From assembly GCA_013239625.1 (NCBI GenBank), contig MU053216.1:496001-560000 (forward strand): 64,000 bases of DNA. The letters are read 5' to 3'. Both the position numbers and the translations under genes were made by a program. Position 1 is the first letter of the stretch. Each line of letters begins with the position of its first letter. This DNA is from Lama guanicoe (taxonomy: Eukaryota). Shown here in pieces: positions 1 through 11,287 of the stretch. Below the pieces are notes generated by a model. The model saw only the letters and a list, made by a program, of their open reading frames with translations. It was not told where the DNA came from and did not search any database.

Positions 1-83
1 ATTCCCCGACTCAGCCCCTTCCCAGCTTTGGGCCAAGCGTGCAGCCTGCCCTCCCGGCGGGCATAGCAGTGACCAGTGCCGAC

Positions 84-1891
84 TCAGGGCAGCCCGTCCA
101 GGGGCGCGCTGTTCAGACAGTTGTAGAGATAGATGTACTGCTGCTGGGGGCAGACACCGCGAGGACACCGCGAGGGCACAGTGAGGGCACAGCAGGACAG
201 TCTCCCTGTGCCTTCACCTGAGAGCAGTGGTCGCCAATGCCACCTGGCGGCTGCTCCTATGGCGCTGCCCAGAGGCCCCCTGCAGCTGGAGCAGGACCTT
301 CCCTACCCTTCAACCCTTCCCAAGGCTGAGCCCCTGATCGCCTCTCATCAGAGTTGGGATCATGAGGCCACAGGCCTCTGACTGCTGCAAGGCCACGGTG
401 AAGACGTCCACGGTGCACTCAGCTCCTGCCTGCTGCAGCAGCTGGTCCATGGCCAGGAAGGTGCCCAGCTGGGCCGCACCCTTGCTGCAATTGGTCTTGA
501 GTTGGAGGGGGGACCTTAGGGGCAAGGAGGAGGGCCAGGTACCCAGGGAGATGGGAGAACCCAGCCTGGGCCTGGGGACCAGGGAGAGACGCTAGGCACG
601 GCCAGCCAACCCCAGGCCCCAGTAGGATGGGGGCAGATTCCTGAATGATGTCAGGCTGAGTGAGGAGGGGGGCTGTGTCCTTCTAAGCTGGGCTCAGTGG
701 GATGTGAGGCCCTCGGGGAGGCAGTGAGGGGTTCTGCCCACTCCCCCAGTCCCCGTCCAGCAGCACCTGGAGTGGCTGAGCAGCGTGCCTGGCTTCTCCG
801 CTTCCCGGGAGAAGCACTGGCCCACGGTGGCCAGGAAGGGCAGCAGCGTGGCAGCTGGGAGTTCCTGCCCTGGCTCCCCACGGGGAAGCTGCAGCCACTG
901 CACCGGCCTCTCCTTCCTGCTCCCACACTGGGGGCAAAGACCTTGGTGCTGGTGCCAGAAACCGGCTCAGGCCTGCCCTGCGGCCCCACCACCCCAAGCC
1001 CCGCGGCCTGACGCTCACGTGTGTGACGCTGAGGAGGGTGCAGGGCCAGCCTGCCACATTGCTCTCGGCCACCCAGTTCACGGTCACTGCACGCCCCGCG
1101 GTCACCCCTACCCACGATAGGGTGCCTCTCCATGGGCCAGAACTCCTGTGGCCGGGACCAGACACGGCTGCTCAGCCAGGTAACCCCTCCCCGCCCAGTC
1201 ACACCCCACCTCAACTCCTGAGACATCCCACCCCCTGTCCCCTGTCCCCCTCACCTTCTCCTGGACGTCCGGCGGGCACAGGGAGACCAGCACGCGGGCC
1301 CCGTGCTCCCACACCAGCTCCCACAGCTCCTCAGGCCCTCTCGGGCCAGTCAGCACCATGTGGTCGTGGCCAGAAGGCCCGCCCTGCAGAGCGCAGCTGG
1401 TCGGCCCCCCGGACTGAGGTTGTCCTCTGCCCATCTCAGCCCCAGGACCCCCAGATGACCCACCCAGGGAGCACAAACAGCCAGAGGGCACTGTCTTATG
1501 GGGAAGAGCCAGGCTTCGGGCATCTCGCCAAGGGGGCCCTCCTCCGCCGGGGGAACAGAATGGTCGTCTGAGGGACGAGGTGGGGCGTGAGGCTGCCACT
1601 GGTTTCCACCGGCCCAGGTCCCACCCACCTGCACGTCCCCTGAGTGCTCCTGCTCACAGCCAGGAGGGGTCGTAGCAGAGCCGACCTGGTCCTTGAGGGC
1701 CTGGAGCAGGAGCTGGGAGGGCAGAGCTGGTGAGGCTGGCAGGCCGCAGGGGTGCTGGCGGGAGGGCATGCCCCGCGATCACCCCCACTGGCCGGCAGCG
1801 CACCTTGTACTCCCCAGTGAAGCCAGCGTTGGTGTCAGCCGCCCTGAGAGTGCACGCCTGCACGAAGTTCCCCACGGGGATGGGCTGGGGC
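84..1891 (-). pseudogene. PTPRV: PTPRV D2 (pseudophosphatase) domain exons
   Basis: ELWELVWEHGARVLVSL, EFWPME, LLSHSSKGAAQLGTFLAMDQLLQQ and QQYIYLYNCL match rodent OST-PTP D2 as recalled. Two donors read AT and one exon is frameshifted. Confidence 0.85.
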
Positions 1892-2047
1892 CTGGGGGCC
1901 TCGCGGGCAGCACGGGTGCCACCTGAGGCTCCCCAGCTTCCTGTCTTCGCGGCCCTGCTGTGGACAGGAGTCGGCGGCCTGTTGGTGAGAGGGGTGGGCC
2001 CCAGGCCTCTGGCCCCGCCCAACAAGGGCTCCTGGCGCGGCTCGTAC

Positions 2048-5000
2048 CCAGAGGAGCTGGAGGGCCCTTCCAGGACCTTGCTCAGGAGGCAGCTGTGCAG
2101 GAAGACGTACTGGCTCTGGAGGAGGTGGGGAGAGGCCGTCCGCTGAGGGGCTGTGGCCCTGGGGGAAGATTTCCAGGCCCTAACCTGCCACACCCAGCGG
2201 GGCAGGGGAGGGGGCATCTGGGCGGAGACTTCCCACCTCCCCTTTGGCAGAAGGGGAGACAGAAGCCCTGGTGGTCAGGTGACTGAGCCCCTCCCCAGGG
2301 CCCTTTCCTGGCCCCTCCGAGCCTGTGGCCCAGCCGTCTACCCCCATCTCCTCCCAGGGTCCAGCTGCCCGGCCTGGCCAGCTGTGCCCTCACTGGGGTC
2401 TGGATCATGAGGGGCTGGTGCAGCCGCAGTGTGTATGCTGCGTGGAACACGTCCACTGTCTGCTCCTCCTCCAGCTGCCGCAAGAGCCTCAACAGGGCCA
2501 CGAAGGTGCCAGAGCGGCCCACGCCTGCGCTGTGGGACAGAGGCCCAGGGCGGTGAAGGGGAACCCTCCCCGGCCCCCGCACCCCGCTGCCCGCCCTCAC
2601 CTGCAGTGCACCAGGAGGGGCCCCGTGCCCTGGGCGGCCCTGGCCTGCTCCTGGACCAGAGCCACGAAGGCCAGCAGGGAGCTGGGGGTCTCGGGGACGC
2701 CGTGGTCGGGCCAGGTGGTAAACTGCAGCTGCTTCACCCTCCGTGCTGGTTGCTGGGCAGCCTGGGGATGGGGCAGCAGGGGGCTTCACTGTTTCTCCTC
2801 CCCTCCGAACCCAGGACCCCTGCAGCCCTCGCTCCCTTCATCAGAGCGAGGGCAGGCCGGGCCTCCCCACATCCAGAGCTGCCTTTGGGATGATCAGACA
2901 GAGGGCATACCACCCCCGGAGGTCACAGCCTGGGAAGGCGGATGGGGTGCAGGCGTCTGGGGTGAGGCGGGGGCCCCGAGCTGAGCGCGGGGCAGGGCAG
3001 AAACCTCCCCTGCTCAGCCCGCTCTGCCTTGGACTCGCTGTGACTTCAGGTGAACCCTCAGCCTGCCCTGTGCCTCCGGGCCCCTTCCCCAGCCACCAAC
3101 CTCCCCGGGAGGAAGGAAGCCAGGGGACCCAGGAGGTGAGGCCACCTCCCCCAAGGGTCTCCACTCAAATGCCCTGCCTCGCCCCACGGCACACACGTGC
3201 TGCAGCTGGAACTCCCACTTGGTCCACTCCTATTCCGGCTCCTCTGCCAGGAGGTGGACGATGATGTGCCCATGGGTGACGGGGGTGGGGTTGGCTGGCC
3301 AGTAGTGCTCACACAGCACCTACGGCCAGCAGGGGGGCGAGGGGTGAGTGTGAGCCCAGCTTCCTCCCTGCCACCCCTGCTTCATCAGCGCAGCCCTCTG
3401 CCTCCGTCACCCTGCTGAGACGCTGCTCTCTGTGCCACCTGTCCCAGAAGCCTCTCCCTGGACGGGCTCCAGCACCCTCACCCCAGGCCCCTCATGTGAC
3501 CCTTAGCGCTTCCAGGCAGCTGCCAGGCTGCTGTGCAAAGCTCACGGCCTTCCTGCAGGCCTGGCCTGGCTCACTGCCCAACCCGGGGGCTCAACAGGCC
3601 TGCCCCAGGGCCCCTCATGGAGCAGGCCTGGGCGTGTTTAAGGCGATGGTGTCCTCTCTCTGCCTCCCACCCTGGGGCCCTCCTCACCCCCATCGCCTCC
3701 AAATGCCTTTGCCTCCTGGGCTGGGGCGGGACAAGGCGGACACAAGGAGAGACAGCAGAGGCCGTGGACGCTGAGTCTGCCCAAGTCCCTGGTCCCTCTC
3801 CCTGCCCCATCCTGGAAGGCCTGGGGACACCCATCCATCTCCAACCTGACCCACCCTCCTGCCCCGGGCCAGTCCTGCAGGGAGAATCCGCCACCTGGCG
3901 TCCACTCCAGGAACTGCGGTGTGCTCACCCGCCCATTCTCCATGCCCACGGTCAGCATGATGATGATGTGGACCTGCTGCTCCCACACCAGCCGCCAGAA
4001 GTCCTCCAGGGTCTTCTTGAGGGGCCCCTGGGTGACAATGAATTCCTGCCGGTGGGTGTAGCCCTGTGAGGGGGGAGGAACACGTTAACTGGGGCCCCCA
4101 GACCCAGCTGTAAGTGTCCCACGTGTGAGCTTAGGGAGAGAGGACTCCGTGTACAGGCGCACATGTGTGCACACACATGAACACGCGTGCACTGACAACT
4201 TAAGCCAGGAGGGTGTCAGAGACAGCCCCACCGTGAAGGGACAATGACAAGGGACGGACGGGCCTGGAGCAGCCTCCCCAGGCCACCCTCTACACCACCC
4301 CTTCCCACAGCAACCACATGTCTCCTCCAGGTACACCCGAGTCCCCAATCCAGCACTCAGCTCCCCCTCCAGCCAGTCCCAGTCCCCTCTCCTGCCTCGT
4401 CCCCACCCCTCCCAACCCCTGGCTCTTCTCCGGCTTCCTTCCAGCTGCACCATCCACCCCTTTTTCCTCACTTCCAGGATTCAGGAAACCAATGCCCCCT
4501 CTACCAGGAAGTCTTCCTTGATTCCTGGGTCGACTAAACGTTTTCTTCTTCAGTGTGCTCTGAGCACTACACGTGTCCCTTATTACAGCGCTTGCCACCC
4601 CACGTGATGGATGTGACACATGCATACACACACGTCCTCTGAAGCTGGGAACATGAGTGGCCTGGCTCTGCCTCTGGTGGGCCCAGCACAGTGCCCGCAC
4701 AAGGCAGACCCTGAACACATGCCCGTCGTGTTGACCCAAAGAATCACAAGCTGGTGACCCTGGTTGATAGGAGCTGCCCCTACAGCAGGACAGTGTGTCC
4801 CGTGAGGACCCTGAGGGCGGCCCTACCGGGATGAAGCTGGCGTTGACATAGTCAGACTGGGGCTCTCCGTCCAGAGGGGCCAGCCTGACCCAGGAGTGGT
4901 CATCTGAGGACAGGAGAAGCGGTGTGCTCAGCCGGGCGCCTGCAGCCCCTCCCCGGGCCAAGCTCCAGCCCCGCCGCCCATGCCACCTGTACTCACAGGG

Positions 5001-5270
5001 CAGCACGTGTGGGTAGCGGTTCTTGGCAGCGTTGGCTGGGTGCTCGGCCTCCAGCCTGGGCAGCTCCTTGCCCACCTCCTTCAGCTCCTGCAAAGGTGGG
5101 GCCGAGGCAGACCCTTGTGGCCCCCATGCCAGCGAGGGGCAGTGCAGCATGGAGTCCAGGGCCGCGGAGGCCTTACCTCGAACTCCTGGAAGCAAGCCTG
5201 GTGGGCGTGGGCACTCTTGGCCTCATAGCTCTGCCGGAAGCTGTGGGCAGGGATGGGCCGGTGGGTCCGC
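2048..5270 (-). pseudogene. PTPRV: PTPRV D1 catalytic PTP domain exons (interrupted by TAG)
   Basis: Motifs KNRYPHVLPYDH, DYVNASFI, IVTQGP, DFWRLVWEQ, CEHYWP, WPDHGVP, VHCSAGVGRSG and IQTPSQY; in-frame TAG at 3232-3230. Confidence 0.9.
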
Positions 5271-5981
5271 CTGGGGAGAGGGAGGGAGTGGGCAGTGGCC
5301 TGGTGGGTACAGTCCTGCCCTGGGCTCTGGTGGGAGGTGGGCACAGTACCAGGGACCCCAGACCTGGCTGCACAGCCTGGCTACCTGGGCCCCAGCCCTG
5401 AAGTGAAGCCACGTAAAGGAGGTTGTCTGCACACAGCAGGGCCGCCAGCCACCCCGGCAGAAAGGTGGACAAGGGAACAGAGGGGGCAGGACAGACAGGA
5501 CCCCTACGCCCGGGGCCTGCGCACACGTGCTCACAGCGGGAGCTCCGTGTGAGGCCACCAGAAAGAGCAGGGATGACCAGAGGGTAGACGGCAGATCCGA
5601 TGTTGGAGAGAAAGAAGGAAAAGGCAGCGAATTGACCTGAAACCACCCAAGTGGTTAGCCGGGACAAGGTAAGGACGGAAGGCCGGGGGTCTGGAGTAGA
5701 GGCTGGAGGGCCCAGAAGAGCTGGCTGAGGAGGCTGTGCTGGCAGCTGACGCAGGACGTGGCTGGGGGGGTGAGGGGTGCGGTCCCTCAGGATACAGCGC
5801 CAGGCCAGGCGGGGCCGTGCGGCTCAGCTCCCGGTCCAGGGCGGGAGCCCACTCACCACAGGTTGTAAGCAGTCCGCTTCGGGGAACTCAGCTTCTTCTC
5901 CGCCCTGCAGAGGATGAGGGGCCATGGGAGACAGCCCGGGCAGCCTCCTACAGCCCCGCTGCCCCAGCCCCACCCACTCAC

Positions 5982-6108
5982 CTCTGCGCCTTCGCCCGCC
6001 TCCAGTACAGCAGGCCCAGCACCCCACAGAGGGAGAGGACGCAGCCGGCCACGATGCCCACCACTGCAGGAAGGGGCATGGCCGCCTGGGACACACTGGC
6101 CCGGGGCT
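5982..6108 (-). pseudogene. PTPRV: PTPRV transmembrane exon
   Basis: AG/GT-bounded 127-nt exon encoding EPRASVSQAAMPLPAVVGIVAGCVLSLCGVLGLLYWRRAKAQ: a hydrophobic span followed by basic stop-transfer residues. Confidence 0.85.
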
Positions 6109-6380
6109 CTGCGGGAGGCAAGGGGCGGGTGAACCGGGCGACCTCAACCCTTGCCAACCTCCCCTGGACCTGGGACCCTCAGGGTGGAGGGCGCAGCGAC
6201 AGCTCCCCATCCTGCGCAAGTCCCAGGTGCCAAACCGAGGCCAGAGACGGCTGCAGGGGGCCCGTCCTGGATGGGAACTGGGAGTGGCCAGCAGCACCCC
6301 TGCCCCAGCCCCTCCCGGACTCCCTCGAGGCAAAGAAGAGGGCAGGCCTGGCCCCCTGCCTCGTGGCGGGGCTTCTGGAG

Positions 6381-6686
6381 CTGTGCTGTCCAGGACAGTG
6401 GCCGCACGCCCCTTGTGACTACACAGCAGCTCCAAGGTAAGATTTGCTGTGAGTGTCAAATGCACACAGGGCGCCAACGACTTACTGACAAAAAAAGAGC
6501 GTAAAATACCTCATTAATCATTAAAAATGGGTTACATGTTGGTGTGTTATTTTTGATATCTTGGTTTAAATGAAGTGTTACTAAGATTAACTTCAACTGT
6601 TTATTTTTTAACGTAGCTACTGGGAATGTTATTTACATGCGTGGTCCCCACTTGCGGCTGGCCACCGTGTCCACCAGACAGCACTG
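6381..6686. mobile_element. MER33-like hAT-Charlie non-autonomous DNA transposon fossil
   Basis: AT-rich island in a GC-rich intron, with inverted termini ctgtgctgtcc...gacagcactg and degenerate 8-bp flanks ttctggag / ttccagaa. Internal sequence resembles recalled MER33. Confidence 0.7.
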
Positions 6687-9631
6687 TTCCAGAACCTCGG
6701 TGGCCAGGGGCAGCAGGCAGAGGGGGGCATTGCTGGAGGGAGCCAGATCCTGGCAGCAGCAAGCCGTCTCCTCGGTGCCTCCACCCATCCCAGCCCCTCA
6801 GCCCACCCCGGCCAGGGCTGCCACCAGGAGCACCCCCACCTGGCTCTGAGGCCCCAGCCCTGTTCTCCCGCCAGTGGCTGGGGATGAACCAACCCCCTCA
6901 GCACCAACCCCAACCCCCAGGACCCAGCCGGACACCAGCCAAGTGCCACCTACCTGAGAAGGCGGAGAAGGAGACGAGGGTCTCGGGAGGGCTGTGCTGG
7001 GTGAACGCCACGACACTGAACCTGGGGCAGAGGCGCAGGCCCTCCCGCTGGGGCAGAGGCGCAGGCAGCAGGCCCAGCCCTCCCAGGAGACAGGCATGAG
7101 CAGCAGGCACACAGACAGTGTTTCGCCCACACCTATTCGGGGCCCTGAGACTGCACAGCCAGCACCCCTGCGCCTCTTCCTGCCCTATTCTGAGAGCAAG
7201 AGGCCCTAGAAACAGCCACCTGAGTATCCTTGGCATCAAGACAGAATCCATCCCCTTGCTTTGCAGAGGAAAGAACCGTGGAAACAGGTGGGTGTACTCC
7301 TTTTTGCCTTGCCTACCAGGAAGCCCGATCAGAATGACTCTGCGGATGCTTCTGGAGCAGCACATGCTCTCTCTTTGCAACCCAGCCCAGCTCTTTGGTT
7401 GACAGAGGGCATAAACAACCCATAAATGCAACTGTAAAGTTCTCCTCCCATCAGCCTTGGGGTCCCCATCAGTATCCCAGCCTCACCCATACTGGGAACC
7501 TGGCTTGAGCTGCCCGTTACAGATGTCCTGGGTCCGGCTGCAGTCCTCCATCTCCACAGGCACCCTCCAGGAGGTCGGCACAGCCCAGGGCCCGGGGTGG
7601 AAGGGGTTGGCGAGCAGGATGGCCAAGTAGGAGTCGTGTCCTCCATAGCAGTGGTCGTACCACGTGTGGTTGACAGCCTCCCGGGGCGGCTGAGTCACTG
7701 GGACAGGGACCGGGACAGGGAAGGCAGAGAGGGCAGTGGGGCCATGGCCTCGCTCCCCAGCAGAGGGGCTTCCCTGTGTTTCCACGGTGCTCCCACCATT
7801 CATAACACATCAGCCCCATTGTCCAGAATGTTTGGAGCTGCTTCCTGCACCACGACTCACACCGGCCTCAGACATTTCATCCTGCCAAGGTCAGCGCCTG
7901 GACCCCTCACCCACCCCTGCTGGGCAGCAGCCAGGGTCATCCTCCCCCTCTTGTGCCCAGGACTCACGCGACATGTTGGTGGTGGCGATGATGCCATACC
8001 ACTGGATCTGCCCGTCATCCTTGCCAAACATGCCCCGTGTGATCATCACGCCCGTCCCCAAACCGGGCTCCAGCTGGGGCGCTGGGGCCAGCTCTGGGGG
8101 GGCGCCAGGCTAGGGAGGACAGGACAAGTGAGGCCCGACAGTAGCCTCCAAGGGCAGGGCCGCGCCTGCCACAGTGGCTGGCAGATGCCCTGAACCAGAA
8201 CTGGGACCCCTGGGCCAGGCTCCCAGGCGTGAGCCCACAGTGGGCAATCTGCGGAAGGCCAGGGGAAGGGGCTGGAGCTCAGCGGTGCGGATGAGGATGG
8301 AGGAAGACCAAGGGAGCGGGGCTCTGAGGCCGAGGAGGGAGCCTACCCTGGGCAGACGTGGCGCACACCAGGGTAACGGCCCGGCTGCACAGGCCATTGC
8401 TGCCCCGCACAGAGAGGCTGAGGCGGTAGGGAGTGGAGGGCTCCAGGCCAGATAGCAGCAGGGCATCCCCAGAGGTGTCGGTCTGGAAGACTGGTTGGGC
8501 ACTGCTCCCGGCTGCCAGCTGCTCTGCCACCACCAGGCAGGTGTCCACGGCCCCCGGGGGCACTGTCCAGGTCAGGGTCAGACGGGTGGCCTCGGGCCGG
8601 CACTGCACGTCCTCCACGGGGTCTGGCTCTGCAGGTTTGAGGGTTCTGTGTCATGTGGGAGTCAGCGTAGCCCCTGAGGGGCTCAAAATCAGCAGGCATG
8701 GGGGACCAGGCATTTCTGCACCTTGGATGTGGGCAGCGGCCATGTGGGGAAACAAGGTCTCCTCTGGACATGCCGCCCATCCAGAGGGAGGGGGCATTCC
8801 CAGGGCGGTGTGGGCGCAGTGCCCACCTGGACGAGCGGGGTTGGGATAGAATGGACAGCACTCGGGGCACTTTGTCCCCCCCCGACAGGCACCAACATAC
8901 CCACAGGCAGCACCACATGGTGGGTGGAGGCCTGGAGTGGCCCTGCCTGGCACAGCACCGACAGGAAGAGGTTGCGTCCAGGTGTGAGGTCCCTCAGGGC
9001 CAGGTGGGCTTGGCCCAGCACCAGGGGCTGCTCCCGGGAGAGGAGCCCAGCCTCGCAGAGCTGGGCGCGGCACACACCATGCCCCAGGGGGCCGCTGGCC
9101 CAGGCCAGGCTGACCACGGCACTGCCCACCTGCATCGACACAAGCAGCTCAACGGGCACCAGTGGGGCTGTGGGGAGGAGAGCGGTGGCCGCTGACCTCA
9201 CGTAGGACTCAGGGTGCAGGTGAGGAGAGGGACTGGGGGCGCTGCGGTGCCGCTGAAGGAAGGAGCAGAGGTCCCAGAGGAGGGCCTGCCCACCACCCCC
9301 ACCTCGGCCTTCCCCACTCCCACTCACAAGTCCAGCCCGAGGTGTTGGCCGCCGCCCCGCAGAGAGGCCCAGCTTGCGCGACGACCGCCACCTCATACTC
9401 AGTGCCTGGAGTGAGAGCTGAGAAGCTGGCGCTGTCCACCTGCGCCCCCACAGTGCTGGAGCCCACCCGGGTGCCTGCCTGGAACAGGGTCACCTGGTAG
9501 CCATCCCGGCCCCCGGGAGCGTGGACCCAGGATGTCCGGAGCTGGGTGGGGCCTTCACTGGTCACATTTACCACAGGAGGGGCGAGGGGGGCTGTGGGGA
9601 GAGCAGGGTATGTGGGGAGAGGAGCGAGATT

Positions 9632-9940
9632 TCAGGGGCTGAACTGTGTCCCCCCAAAATTCATGTTGACGTTCTGACCCCCAGAATGCGACTATATTTG
9701 GAGGTAAGGCCTTTAAAGGGGCTACTAAGGTAAAACGAGGCCGTCGGGTGGGCCCTGATCCAGGGAGATTAGGACCGACACACCCAGAGGGACTCGGGGC
9801 AGGCGGCCGTCCGCACGCCCCAGAGAGGCCTCAGGCAAAGCAGCCCTGTGACCCCTGGGTCTCAGACCCCTGCTCAGAGCAGTGAGGGTTCCAACGGTCT
9901 AAGCCCCCCACGTGGACTCGGTTCAGGCAGCTCCAGTGAC
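9632..9940 (+). mobile_element. MaLR solo LTR (MLT1A/B-like)
   Basis: ggggctgaactgtgtccccccaaaattcatgttga...tatttggaggtaaggcctttaaag...taaggtaaaacgagg...gtgggccctgatcca matches the recalled MLT1 5' signature. Confidence 0.75.
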
Positions 9941-11122
9941 CAAGGCAGGAGGAGAGAACGCAGACCAGACCTGGGCCCCACCCCCGCAAAGGGCCCCTGC
10001 TCCCCCACCCTTGACCCAGTCGCCAAGCACCGGCTCGGGTGACGAGTGAGAGGAGCTGCCTGCTGAGAAGCAGGCACCTGCCAGTTCCTCCTAGGCCGCG
10101 GGGCCCGAGCCCCCGCAGTGCCGACTGAGCGAGCAGTCACCCCGCCGCCGCTCGCGGACTGCAGGGAGGTCGGGGGCCGTGCAGCCCTGGGGACCCACTC
10201 TCCGTGTGGCCAGTAGGAAGGGCCCGGCAGGGGACACTCACGCGTCCAGCCGGAGGCGTTAGCGCCACTGCTCTCATCCAGTCCCTGCAGGGTAGCCAGC
10301 CACACCAGGAAGGCGGTGCCTGGGGGCAGCCGGGCCCAGGAAAAGCTTTGTGCCTCGGGGGCCAGAGTGTCCTGGCCCTCCAGGGCTGGGGGCCTCAGGC
10401 GGTAAAGCCGCAGGAGGAAGCCATCCCTGCCCCCCCCCCGGTGGGGGGCTCCAGGAAGCACTCAGGACAGGAGGCTGGGCAGCCAGACCCAGGCTCAAGT
10501 TGGCAGGAGGTGCAGGGACTGCAGGACAAGGGGGAGACAGATTTGGGACAACCCAGTCCCTGCCCCTCCTCCCCCACTGTCTGACCCCGCTCGGTGGTCT
10601 CCAAACACAGCAGCCACGGGACTTGGAGCCCACCCTCGTTTCCTCCCCAGGAAAACCTCTCAAAAGACACAGGGCTCCACCCTGACGCCTGCTCCTTGCC
10701 TCCTTCACAAACCATCAGCAACTTGAAGGCGTGACGTCTGATCCACATGGTCCCCAGCCACACCCAACCTGTGTCTCACACCCCTTAGGACCAGGGTCCC
10801 CAGCTCAGCCGACATTCAGCCCCTGCAAGCTCACTCCCTCCCTCTCTCACTCCCCCACCGAGGGCCTGGGTGCACACCTGCCCCCTCTGCCCAGTAAGGC
10901 CCCTCTGCCCACTCTGCTCAGACCCACCTGCTTCTCAGCTCTCTCTCTCCCTCTGGGAAAACATCCCTGACTTCCTAAGGTGGCCCCTCTCTGAACCCTA
11001 AAAGATTAGCCAGAATCACATAAAATTCCCCGTAGTCCTCGATTTTAACCCACGAGAAGAGAGTTTCACGCGGCTCAAGGAGACTGAACACGTTTACACT
11101 ATGACAGGAAAAGCAACGCGCA

Positions 11123-11287
11123 GGGGAGAGCAGAGCTCAGTGTGCAGAGCATGTGCTTAGCATGCGCCAGGGTCTGGGTTCAGTTCCCAGCACTCCATTT
11201 ACAAAAAGTAAAGTTAAATAAATAAGCTTGATTACATGCCCCCAAACAAAAAAGTCAAAAACTACTAAAAGCTGCACAAAAAAAATC
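11123..11287 (+). mobile_element. tRNA-Ala-derived SINE (camelid vic-1-like)
   Basis: ggggagag..agctcagtg (A box), gcttagcatgc, gggttcagttccc (B box), then an A-rich tail containing aattac..cccc-like sequence. Confidence 0.75.

Noticed and set aside
1629-1712. Additional frameshift at PTPRV exon 27
   Set aside because: The donor is ambiguous: the downstream donors give phase 0, but T|GTGAGC after 1658 gives the required phase 1, so I cannot call a lesion.
11123-11200. tRNA-Ala(AGC)-like gene
   Set aside because: Stems are degenerate, it has an A-rich SINE tail, and related copies occur elsewhere in the window: a SINE, not a tRNA.
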